Source: Candidatus Poribacteria bacterium (GTDB lineage: Bacteria; Poribacteria; WGA-4E; WGA-3G). From it: DNA of 64,000 nt. A program made the position numbers and the translations under genes. The notes under the pieces are model-generated. The model ran no database searches. It was not told the origin of the DNA and worked only from the letters and a program-made list of their open reading frames with translations. Within the stretch, counting starts at the first letter, position 1. Every line of letters starts with the position of its first letter. Location of the stretch: assembly GCA_022827625.1 (NCBI GenBank), contig JAJEIE010000024.1, forward strand, positions 40,227-104,226, written 5' to 3'. Shown in pieces: positions 1 to 8,233 of this stretch.

Positions 1-547
1 TCAAAACCCCTAACCACGGTGGGTTACCCGCTAAATGTTTCAGATAACCGCCTATCCCGTTCTCTTTAATAGCGATAATTTGAACGCCTAACACAGCCGT
101 TATACCGAGGGCAAGCGTTGTATTCAGGTCTGCTGTTGGGGGTTGAAGCCCGGGAATAACGCCGAGATAGTTCAGGAAGAGAATGAAGATGAAGAAGGAG
201 CCAACGAATGGCACATATTTTCTGCCGTGGTCGCCTAAAATACCACCGAAGAAATCCATGATACCGCCGACAAACACCTCTAACAGTGTTTGACCTTTCC
301 CTTCAGGTATCCGTTTCAACTTGCGAGTGGCGAAAATAAAAAATACGACTAAGACGAGAACAGCAAAGTATGTGTTAGGAATTAAATCGGGCTGATGCCA
401 CCGAGTCGGTTCTGGGATCATTTCATCCGGTAAAAGCCGTGAAATCGGGTAGAGCAAACTGCGGTGACCGTTGTCAGCTGCGAAACTCTCAGCCACTGTC
501 GCTAAACTCAGTCCCGCAACCAACCAGATAAACGATAGTTTTTTCAT
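1..547 (-). CDS. atpB: F0F1 ATP synthase subunit a (partial; C-terminus lies beyond the window start)
   Basis: Absent from the ORF track because it runs off the window. My translation from the ATG (complement of 545-547) reads MKKLSFIWLVAGLSLATVAES...PNTYFAVLVLVVFFIFATRKLKRIPEGKGQTLLEVFVGGIMDFF...FVGSFFIFILFLNYLGVIPGLQPPTADLNTTLALGI. This is a typical N-terminal part of F0 subunit a. Two small atp-type membrane ORFs precede it. Confidence 0.8.
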   Translation of the reverse strand, partial: MKKLSFIWLVAGLSLATVAESFAADNGHRSLLYPISRLLPDEMIPEPTRWHQPDLIPNTYFAVLVLVVFFIFATRKLKRIPEGKGQTLLEVFVGGIMDFFGGILGDHGRKYVPFVGSFFIFILFLNYLGVIPGLQPPTADLNTTLALGITAVLGVQIIAIKENGIGGYLKHLAGNPPWLGVL

Positions 548-625
548 GTTTTGTTATTAGTGTTTCTTAAATATAGTGGTAGTTTTGGGTGCTTTTCAAT
601 TCAAAATCAATTCGGAAACGCCACG

Positions 626-1033
626 TTATGACTGATCGGTATCCTTATTCGACAGAATCGACACCACCAAGACCATCGCCTTAATAATAATAGCACCTTG
701 TACTAAAGCGATACCTCCAGCGAGCGCGTAGACATTCATCCATTCCGTTTTAAATAGGAAATAGAGTATTCCACCCAACACTGTATATTTACCTATCGCA
801 ATGAAACCCAGTAAATACTTTGTGCGATTTGTTCTCCCAGGTTGGATAAGGCGGCGGACTACAAATTCAATTGACCAGAAGAGGCTAAGGCTGATAATGC
901 TGCCGATAAGAAAACTGGGGAGTGCGGGGCGTTTGAAGCCTAACAACGCTGCTGCAACGACGATGGTGAGACAGATTGTCAAGATATAGACCTGGCGGAT
1001 AAATCGGTCACCAACTTCCAAAACGGGACCCAT
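626..1033 (-). CDS. small polytopic membrane protein, ATP synthase protein I-like (by position)
   Basis: 135-aa ORF with about four hydrophobic helices. It lies directly upstream of atpB on the same strand. No diagnostic motif recognised. Confidence 0.45.
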   Translation of the reverse strand: MGPVLEVGDRFIRQVYILTICLTIVVAAALLGFKRPALPSFLIGSIISLSLFWSIEFVVRRLIQPGRTNRTKYLLGFIAIGKYTVLGGILYFLFKTEWMNVYALAGGIALVQGAIIIKAMVLVVSILSNKDTDQS

Positions 1034-1107
1034 CTAAATGACTCCTTTGTCAAAATAACGGCAAATCACAGTCGCCGAAATTTACCGCTTTCGGATGTTT
1101 TTGGGTG

Positions 1108-1416
1108 TTATCGTTTTTCAGAGTTTTGTGTTTGTTCTGATGTGGCGCGACGCTGTTTTTCTTGACCGTAAAGTCGCCGGTTCCAGCGCGCAACCGAACG
1201 AAACATTTCCATGAATCCGGCGGCAACCCCTATTCCGAAACCGATGTATGATCCAACTGCTGCATTGCCTAACTTTCCACCGATCCACTTACCCCCAAAA
1301 TAACCGATGCAAATCGCGAGCGCAAGCGTTATTCCAATGGAAGCGAGGTCGAACATCCCAACATTCTCATTTTTCAACGGATTGAGCCGGTGTTTGAACA
1401 TAACGGGTACTCCCAT
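1108..1416 (-). CDS. AtpZ/AtpR-like small membrane protein (putative F0F1-ATPase accessory subunit)
   Basis: Two glycine-rich TM helices (LASIGITLALAICIGYFGGKWIGGKLG and GSYIGFGIGVAAGFMEMF) followed by a basic tail. It is the first gene of the atp cluster. The true start may be internal M6 or M21. Confidence 0.5.
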   Translation of the reverse strand: MGVPVMFKHRLNPLKNENVGMFDLASIGITLALAICIGYFGGKWIGGKLGNAAVGSYIGFGIGVAAGFMEMFRSVARWNRRLYGQEKQRRATSEQTQNSEKR

Positions 1417-1496
1417 ACATAGCGTGAAAATGAGTGGGGGAACATGTTACCTCGTTAGCAACGGTATATATTATATCACAAGATTATGGAGAATGC

Positions 1497-1525
1497 AAAA
1501 AAAAGCGGGAACGCCGTGTTCCCGC
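1497..1525 (-). terminator. rho-independent terminator after the LamG gene
   Basis: Perfect 8-bp stem GCGGGAAC/GTTCCCGC (1505-1512 and 1518-1525) with a 5-nt loop. On the minus strand it is followed by a run of 8 T (A-run 1497-1504 on plus). Confidence 0.65.
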
Positions 1526-1542
1526 CTTTATACATAGATACA

Positions 1543-2343
1543 TTATCGTTTTATATTTGCCCATGTCGTGGCGAGTTTGTCGGCGGGAGAGACATCAAAA
1601 GCGTCGTCTAATCCATCTTCCATAATCTGCGTAATATCATCCTCACTGAGGACGACATTAAAAATAGCGACATCATCAATGATGCCCCTGAAGTGACCGG
1701 CATAACCGAAACCGATGAGCAAATTAAGGTTGCTGGGACTGGAATCTCCGCACGGATGTGCGCCACATTTTACCCATTTATCTTGGGCAGTAACTTCACC
1801 GTCTTTGTACATCTTGTATTCACGGTCGTCAACGTTTCTGGTCTCGGCGACATGGATCCATTCGTCATCTACAAAAGTGCCAGCGACTGGTCTGGCAACC
1901 TCTACATAGGGTTGACAGTTGGCACCGCAATCGCCCCAATAAAAACTCAATCGACCGTCTGGTTCCAATGTCAAACAGCCTTCGCCGCCGTAAGATTTGC
2001 AAACTAAGTTTTGGCGGCCGGCACTGACGCTCTCAGGTTTAACCCAGAAAACGATTGTCACATTCCCATCGAATTGCAGGGATGCATCATTACCCATATC
2101 CACAAAAGATGAGCCATCAAACTCAAGTGCCTTACCAAATTTACCATCTACCCATTTGGGTTTATTCTTGAGCTCTCCATCGTTTCCGTTTTCTGAACTA
2201 TCTTTCGTCGTATCGCCTTTCCCTTCATCAAATTTCCATATACCGACAATGGTATCAGGGTCTAACACCGCCTCACTTGAAACGGCTAATGTTCCCACAA
2301 TAAATAGCGCAGTTATACCAATCCATAACACTCTGGATTTCAT
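1543..2343 (-). CDS. secreted LamG (concanavalin A-like lectin/glucanase) domain protein
   Basis: N-terminal signal peptide. It has the Laminin_G_3-type signature WKFDEGKGDTTKDSSENGNDGELKNKPKWVDGKFGKALEFDGSSFVDMG and later LLIGFGYAGHFRGIIDDVAIFNVVLSEDDI. Paralog of 49527..50303. Confidence 0.75.
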   Translation of the reverse strand: MKSRVLWIGITALFIVGTLAVSSEAVLDPDTIVGIWKFDEGKGDTTKDSSENGNDGELKNKPKWVDGKFGKALEFDGSSFVDMGNDASLQFDGNVTIVFWVKPESVSAGRQNLVCKSYGGEGCLTLEPDGRLSFYWGDCGANCQPYVEVARPVAGTFVDDEWIHVAETRNVDDREYKMYKDGEVTAQDKWVKCGAHPCGDSSPSNLNLLIGFGYAGHFRGIIDDVAIFNVVLSEDDITQIMEDGLDDAFDVSPADKLATTWANIKR

Positions 2344-2437
2344 CTCTCGCTTCCTCCTTAGTTAATAGTTGCAGAAACGTTAGCAGGATTAGCGAAAATT
2401 GTCAAGAAAAAGATCTCTCCGTCTACCTTTGTAAATA

Positions 2438-3703
2438 TTAATTTTCAGTCCGGAGTGCGTCGGTAGGTGAAAGCCGCGCCGCCCGCATTGCAGGATAGAC
2501 GCCAAAACCTACGCCCATGACAATCGAAAAAATAACAGAAGTGAGTATCCACGGTAAGGATAACACGACGGGCCACACATCCACAACTGGCACGATCCGC
2601 ACCGCAAGCCGTGCCATCCCGTGCGCCGCCACCCAACCGCCTGCGATGCCGAGTAGCCCGCCGCAGAGACAGAGACAAATGGATTCCGTCAAGAACTGAT
2701 AAAAAATATCAATTCGTTTCGCACCGACCGATTTCCGCACACCTATCTCCCGTGTCTTTTCACCGACAGAGACGAGGCAGATATTCATGATGCCGACACC
2801 GCTGACGAACAACGAGAAACCTGCAATACTGCCCAAAGTGATTTTTATTACTTTTTGAATGTGGAAAAGTCGTCGAGCCGTCAATTTCGCTATCCAAACC
2901 CCGATAAACTCATCTTTCCCTCGGTGTCTTTTACGCAGCGTGTTTTTAACAGAATCAATAATACTGTTAATCTCTGCCCCTTTTCTAAAAAAGACGAGCA
3001 AGTAATCGACATAACGAAAGCCTTTCACCCGTTGTTGATAGGTGGTCAATGGTACAGAAATAGCGTCATCTAAAGAATACGTGTCACTGAGGCTCATGCC
3101 TTTTGTTGTCATCACTCCGATAACCCGTAACCTGATCTGCGCTTGCCGCCAATGATACCGAAGTTTCACCTCTCGTCCGATGGGCGATGCCTCCCCAAAA
3201 AGCTCCCTGGCAGTGTTAGCACCCAGGACACAGACCTGCTTTGCATTTTCGATATCGCTGTCGGAGAGGAATCTACCAACGTGAACTTCCCAACCCATGC
3301 CGGGGGCGTAGTCTGCTGTGATACCTTCTAAACGCGCTTTCGCTTGATTCCCGTTTCGGCTGCTAACAAAGGTGTTGAAGTCTTCTACTTTAGGCAAGAC
3401 ATACAGCACATCGGGGCATTCTGCCTCAACTGCGGAAGCGTCCTCAAGGGTATATCGTTCTGTCGTGCGCCGGACGAGCCGCGGTCCCTTCCAAATAGAA
3501 GTCCGTGTCCAGAATGCGATTTGGTTGGCACCGCCCATCATTTCAAGGTTTTGAGCGATGATGCGTTTCCCACCATCGCCGATAGCGATCATGCAAAGCA
3601 CACCCGCAATTCCGATGAAGATGCCGAGAATGGACAATCCTGCACGAAGCCTATTTTGCGCAAGGGGCTTCACACCCGCAGCTATAGCATCACGAAGTTT
3701 CAT
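2438..3703 (-). CDS. ABC transporter permease, MacB/FtsX family
   Basis: N-terminal TM, a periplasmic MacB-like core, and a C-terminal FtsX domain (GIMNICLVSVGEKTREIGVRKSVGAKRIDIFYQFLTES). No cognate ATPase is adjacent. Confidence 0.8.
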   Translation of the reverse strand: MKLRDAIAAGVKPLAQNRLRAGLSILGIFIGIAGVLCMIAIGDGGKRIIAQNLEMMGGANQIAFWTRTSIWKGPRLVRRTTERYTLEDASAVEAECPDVLYVLPKVEDFNTFVSSRNGNQAKARLEGITADYAPGMGWEVHVGRFLSDSDIENAKQVCVLGANTARELFGEASPIGREVKLRYHWRQAQIRLRVIGVMTTKGMSLSDTYSLDDAISVPLTTYQQRVKGFRYVDYLLVFFRKGAEINSIIDSVKNTLRKRHRGKDEFIGVWIAKLTARRLFHIQKVIKITLGSIAGFSLFVSGVGIMNICLVSVGEKTREIGVRKSVGAKRIDIFYQFLTESICLCLCGGLLGIAGGWVAAHGMARLAVRIVPVVDVWPVVLSLPWILTSVIFSIVMGVGFGVYPAMRAARLSPTDALRTEN

Positions 3704-3802
3704 TGCTGCACCTTTTTTGTCTCAGAACTCGGAAGGACCTACCGATGTGCTTGAAATCCGACAGGTCTTCGGGGATTACTAATCACCTGAATGGGTGTTG
3801 TC

Positions 3803-5551
3803 CTACCTCTGTCCCAGCACTTTCAGAAATTCTGGATCCTTTTGGACATCCGAAAACTCAGGAGTCTCAACGAAAGTCGGGTAGTATGTATCCTGATAAT
3901 TATAAGGCTCTACCATATAATCGTTCTGAGCAACCTTCAAGTGCTGTAAAGTTTTTTCTCGATCCTTCTCAGAAGCCCAGATGCTCACGGCAAGCATGAA
4001 GTGGCCATAAGGGTTGTTATTTCCCAAATCGACGGCGATTTGTAGCATCCGCGTTGCTTCGCTATACTTTTTCGACCATACCAGACAACAACCGACATCG
4101 TGAGCAGCCCAAATAAGGTTGTAGGTATTGACCGGATAACGGGCATGCTGTTTTTCTACTTCCCCTTCGATAAACGTCCTTGTATCTGTCCAGACTTGAT
4201 CGAAACGATCCCAATCTTCCTGTTTTCTATACAACAGAAGCCGATTGGTTCTTACAGCTAACCAGAATCTAAAATAATTCCGCCAACCGGGTTCACCGTT
4301 GGCACGTTCCAATTTTTCTATTTCGAGAAGTGCCACATCTAACCGGTCATTGCTTCGTAATATTTCCGCTCCCATTTGTAGAAAATCGCAACGACTGTAC
4401 TGACTCACTTTAGGGTTCTCCAAGCGTTCAGATGCCTCATTATAGAGTTGAATCCAGTCATCAATACGACCTTCCGCTGCCCAACATCCAGCGCTGGTTA
4501 GATTGGAAATGATCCTTAACACATATTTTTCTGACTGCTTGCATGCCCAACGGTAAAGACGGGTCTGCTCCGCAATAGCTTCTCGATTTCTCTCAAGAAA
4601 AGCGAGACTATTGACTAACGTGTTATGCGCCCAGAAACGCTCCGTATTATCTGAGGTCTCATCTATATACCTACGGAGTAGAGATATCCGTTTTTCCATG
4701 CCGAGTTTGCCCATATACGGGTATATCTCATCAACGGCAAGATGTGCCAATTCGGGTGTGGTTTTACCCTTAAGGGCAGCTTCAATCTCGTTGCAGGCTT
4801 CTGTAAGAATATCCGATCGTGATGCAGGATCAGATTTCACATTCTCCATGAATGCAGTGAACCTGCTACGAATTTCTTCTAATTGATTCATGATGTTCTC
4901 CTTGAGAGTATCTGATAGTTCTAAATGACCAAAGAATTCTTGATTCAAGAATTCTGAATCTGTTTGCAGACGCTTTCGCGCCCGTTGGAGTCGGCTCGTA
5001 ATTGTATTCACCGACACTCCCATGAATTGGCTGATCTCTTTCGTTGACATTTCGTCAAGATAGTAGCGTGTTACAACTGCGCGTTCATTCTCTGGCAATT
5101 TTTCCAAAAGTCTTTTCACAAGTTCATGGTAACGCTCCGTCCTCTCTGTCATCCGCTGTTCCGATATATGATGTGTATAAGAGGATTCCTCGATTTCTTT
5201 AACGGGTGTGTCCTCCAGTGATTGCATCACAGACTTTTGGCTTCGCATCCAATCAATACAAAGCCGATCTGCGATGACATGGAGCCATCCGGCAAATTGA
5301 GTGGGATTCTTGAGGGTCGGAAGTTTTTTGTATGCCCTAAGGAAGGTGTCTTGCATAATATCTTCCGCATGGTGAAAATCTTGGGTCTTCCGCCATGCCA
5401 GGGCATGAATGCTCTTTTGGTACTTTTCGACTAAGATACCAAACGCAGCGTCATCACCCGATAAGATTTTGCGGATTAGTTGAACATCGTCTTCTCTTTT
5501 CACGAAACTTTCTCCTAATGAACAGATTCGATTATGTTTGCCCTCATTCAA
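3803..5551 (-). CDS. ECF-type sigma-70 factor with a C-terminal helical-repeat extension of about 380 aa
   Basis: The N-terminal ~200 aa carry sigma70 region 2 (DIMQDTFLRAYKKLPTL...FAGWLHVIADRLCIDWMR) and region 4 (LPENERAVVTRYYLDEMSTKEISQFMGVSVNTITSRLQRARKRL). The remainder looks all-helical and TPR-like, and has no TM segment. Confidence 0.75.
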   Translation of the reverse strand: MNEGKHNRICSLGESFVKREDDVQLIRKILSGDDAAFGILVEKYQKSIHALAWRKTQDFHHAEDIMQDTFLRAYKKLPTLKNPTQFAGWLHVIADRLCIDWMRSQKSVMQSLEDTPVKEIEESSYTHHISEQRMTERTERYHELVKRLLEKLPENERAVVTRYYLDEMSTKEISQFMGVSVNTITSRLQRARKRLQTDSEFLNQEFFGHLELSDTLKENIMNQLEEIRSRFTAFMENVKSDPASRSDILTEACNEIEAALKGKTTPELAHLAVDEIYPYMGKLGMEKRISLLRRYIDETSDNTERFWAHNTLVNSLAFLERNREAIAEQTRLYRWACKQSEKYVLRIISNLTSAGCWAAEGRIDDWIQLYNEASERLENPKVSQYSRCDFLQMGAEILRSNDRLDVALLEIEKLERANGEPGWRNYFRFWLAVRTNRLLLYRKQEDWDRFDQVWTDTRTFIEGEVEKQHARYPVNTYNLIWAAHDVGCCLVWSKKYSEATRMLQIAVDLGNNNPYGHFMLAVSIWASEKDREKTLQHLKVAQNDYMVEPYNYQDTYYPTFVETPEFSDVQKDPEFLKVLGQR

Positions 5552-5698
5552 AAGGCTTAATCAAATTCCTTAAATTAAGCAATACAATACGATTCGGACC
5601 TTCTATTATTAAAGACGAAAGTTTGAGCAGAAAACGTGCATTATGGAAAAAAACCAAAAAACTGAATGTTTTAGAATTTGTTTTGTGAGTATTAGGGA

Positions 5699-5731
5699 AT
5701 AAAAAAGGGAACCGGTAAAAAACCAGTTCCC
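5699..5731 (-). terminator. rho-independent terminator after the STAS gene
   Basis: Minus-strand stem GGGAACTGG/CCGGTTCCC (one mismatch) followed by a T-run. Confidence 0.55.
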
Positions 5732-5758
5732 TGTGGACATTCTACTGGACTTCGGAAG

Positions 5759-6100
5759 CTAAACTGACAATCCAGCAACAGCAGCGTCTTCACTGTCGAA
5801 ATGTTCAAATAGATTCACCACACGACTCAGAACAATGAGATTTCTGATATGTTTTCCGACATTGATGACCCCTACGCGTCCGTGTTTCCGTGATGCAGCA
5901 GCGTATGCTTCCATCAAGGTCCCAAGACCTGAACTATCAATCCGATTGACCTGCTCGAAATTGATGAGGATACGTGGCGTATCAGAAGCCTCTATTTGTG
6001 GCAAGATGACTTTTCGTAAGTCTGATGCGGAACGTCCGCCTACCTTTCCAGTGGGTTTTAAAATCGAGATGCCATTTTGCTGGCGAATTTGCGTTGTCAT
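5759..6100 (-). CDS. STAS-domain anti-sigma-factor antagonist (SpoIIAA/RsbV-like)
   Basis: 113 aa. Contains NFEQVNRIDSSGLGTLMEAY with the conserved phosphorylatable Ser context (DSSGLG). Confidence 0.8.
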   Translation of the reverse strand: MTTQIRQQNGISILKPTGKVGGRSASDLRKVILPQIEASDTPRILINFEQVNRIDSSGLGTLMEAYAAASRKHGRVGVINVGKHIRNLIVLSRVVNLFEHFDSEDAAVAGLSV

Positions 6101-6216
6101 TTTTTTCTCCTTTTTTGTTTTTGGAATTTGTAACTGTTAATTGTTTTTTAATATTGTTCAAACGTTCACTTTAAGGATGCATTGACTTGACCCGAATTCT
6201 ATAAAAAACCGCCTTT

Positions 6217-6411
6217 TTAACGCAAATCCAAGTCCGCGTCCGTTTTGAGGAGTCTGTGGAATGTTTCAAAAGACGCTCCCCAAAGTTTCTCCTCTGTATA
6301 AGGATCGCCCGGTTCAGCTGGCACGACAGTCTCATCACAACCGAAAGCAAGGTAACCGATGCCGAAGAGTAACAAACAGACGAGGAATAGATTAATCATT
6401 AGGAAACGCAT
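6217..6411 (-). CDS. small putative lipoprotein (64 aa)
   Basis: The internal ATG at 6411 is preceded by GGAGAAAAAAA. The product MRFLMINLFLVCLLLFGIGYLAFGC has a signal peptide with a lipobox-like AFGC. The longer 100-aa ORF-track start lacks an RBS. Confidence 0.45.
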   Translation of the reverse strand: MRFLMINLFLVCLLLFGIGYLAFGCDETVVPAEPGDPYTEEKLWGASFETFHRLLKTDADLDLR

Positions 6412-6686
6412 TTTTTTCTCCTTATTAGAATAGGACTTGCATTTGAATTTGCAAGTGACAATTTTGCTGAAATTTTTCTTTTTGATCCGTTGATTTAAGT
6501 GACGCATCTTAGATGTCAAAAGGTTGCATTATTTTCAAAACGGGTGTTGAAACCAAATGATCTCAATTTGCAAGAACGGAGAGATAGGAGATGTATTCTC
6601 CAGACCCCTCAGCCTTTTCATTTTTCCTCCTTTTGCCTATATAGAGTTCGTTCAGGAAAAAAAGATAGTAAAGAATTGTCAGTTGT

Positions 6687-6718
6687 CGTTACTACAAACG
6701 AGTTCCAAAACAGTTGCA
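6687..6718 (-). promoter_or_regulatory. conserved 32-nt motif, copy A (putative promoter/operator)
   Basis: The minus strand reads TGCAACTGTTTTGGAACTCGTTTGTAGTAACG. It matches 16656..16687 at 29 of 32 positions. Confidence 0.35.
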
Positions 6719-6760
6719 TTTTTTTCATTTAAGTTGAACTGGCGTTTTATAAAAATTGAT

Positions 6761-6805
6761 AGCGAAACCCAACTTTGGATACTTTTTGGATTGTTGGGTT
6801 TCGCT
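6761..6805 (-). terminator. long hairpin after the sigma-FtsZ gene
   Basis: Perfect 13-bp stem AGCGAAACCCAAC/GTTGGGTTTCGCT (6761-6773 and 6793-6805) with a 19-nt loop, 26 nt after the stop codon. It is followed by an A/T-rich tract on the minus strand. Confidence 0.5.
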
Positions 6806-6830
6806 CTGTCTATCCGCAGTGCTGTTCGTG

Positions 6831-8042
6831 TTAATTTCGCGCCGTGCTGGCGTAAAATTCCGAGATACTTTCAACGCCGCGCAGCAGCATTTCATCACTC
6901 AAGTGAAACGCCTCGCGTATTTTCAGTTTTTGCTTATCTTCTATTGAAGCAAGCAACCGTTGATTTGGTACAACATGGACGGAGTCAGCCTTTTCTCGAA
7001 GTTCCTGCAGTCCCTGCTCTGCTTTTTCGGCACGGCGTTGCCCTTCAAAATTGAACGGACACGTCACAACGCCTACCGCTAAAGCCCCTTGCTCTTGAGC
7101 AAGAGAGGCAATCAGGGGTGCAGCGCCTCCGCCCGTTCCGCCACCCATACCGGCTACAACGAAAACGATGTCGGCATCGGCAACGACGTTATGGAGTTTC
7201 TCTCGATCCTCCTCGGCAGCCCTTTTGCCCATCTCTGGATCCGCTCCGGAATACCCCGGAGTGGTGTTAGCACCAATCAGCACGGGTGTTGCGTCATTGT
7301 GTTTGTCAAGTGCTTGCTGGTCTATATTCACTGCGTAAAATTCAATATCTGTCAAACCAGATTCAATCATCCATTTGACGGCGTTACCGCCCGCACTACC
7401 GACACCCACAACCTTGATTTTGGGGTGGAGACGCTTGGATTCTTCACGTTTAGATGACATAGTTCTCCCTCTTTCAGGTTCGACACCGAACGCCTTGCGT
7501 AGGAGTTCACGTGTCTGTCTTAACCGTGTTTTAACTGTACCTATCGCTAATCCGAGTTCAGCGTGGATCTCTTTGATACTCCACGATTCCAGATAGTATA
7601 GCACCGCGACACGTCGCACTTTATCTGGCAGGTGATGCACTGCTTCTTTTGCGTCTTCGAGGCGTTCGATTTCTCGAAAATATCCCACCGCGTCCTGATC
7701 AATGCGATGGGTTAGATCGGCATAACTGGACGGAATTTCGCCGCTTGCGTGGCGTGTGGGCGTATAGTACCGCTTACAAGCGTTGTCCGCAATGCGGTGC
7801 AACCAGCCACTAAAACTTTCGACGCGTCGGAGTTGGCTGATGTTTTCCCAGACGGCTCTCCAGATGTCCATAAGGATTTCTTCAGCGTCGCGGCGTTGTC
7901 TCGAATTTGCGATAACGACTTTCCAGATGCGAGGACTATAACGCGACATCAGTTCTGTAAATGCCAACTCATCACTTGCTTGGGCAAGCCGAATGAGTTC
8001 TTCATCTGTCAGATTAGTGTGCGTTAATAGATCGTATCGCAT
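6831..8042 (-). CDS. ECF-type sigma-70 factor fused to an FtsZ N-terminal GTPase domain (lacking the T7 loop and C-terminal subdomain)
   Basis: Residues 1-186 carry sigma70 region 2 ([16 protein letters not shown]...[17 protein letters not shown]) and region 4 ([44 protein letters not shown]). Residues 208-396 align colinearly with the FtsZ at 46202. Shared segments include [44 protein letters not shown] and VVPNQRL. There is no stop codon between the two parts. Confidence 0.85.
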   Translation of the reverse strand: [403 protein letters not shown]

Positions 8043-8144
8043 AGTAAAGTTCCCAATTGGGTTTTAACCTAAAGAGGCAGATTTTTCGCGGGGCGGTTTA
8101 AAAAAATTGAGAAGTCACATTTTTTCGATAGAGCAGGACTTCTC

Positions 8145-8166
8145 AAAAACCTCCTGTGCCAGGAGG
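8145..8166 (-). terminator. rho-independent terminator after the DUF433 gene
   Basis: The minus strand reads CCTCCTG-GCA-CAGGAGG followed by TTTTT. Confidence 0.6.
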
Positions 8167-8233
8167 AAGTGGCTTTGGCTTAGGGGGCATTAACTAACTA
8201 TTACGTGAATGATGTCTCCGGGTTGGATTTTTC

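Noticed and set aside
6557-7054. 165-aa plus-strand ORF.
   Set aside because: It is low-complexity and overlaps both the 3' end of the sigma-FtsZ gene and its terminator hairpin. It has no RBS or motif.
8043-8233. Toxin partner (DUF5615/PIN-like) downstream of the DUF433 gene.
   Set aside because: There is no ORF of meaningful length. The region contains a clean terminator hairpin instead, so DUF433 appears to be an orphan here.
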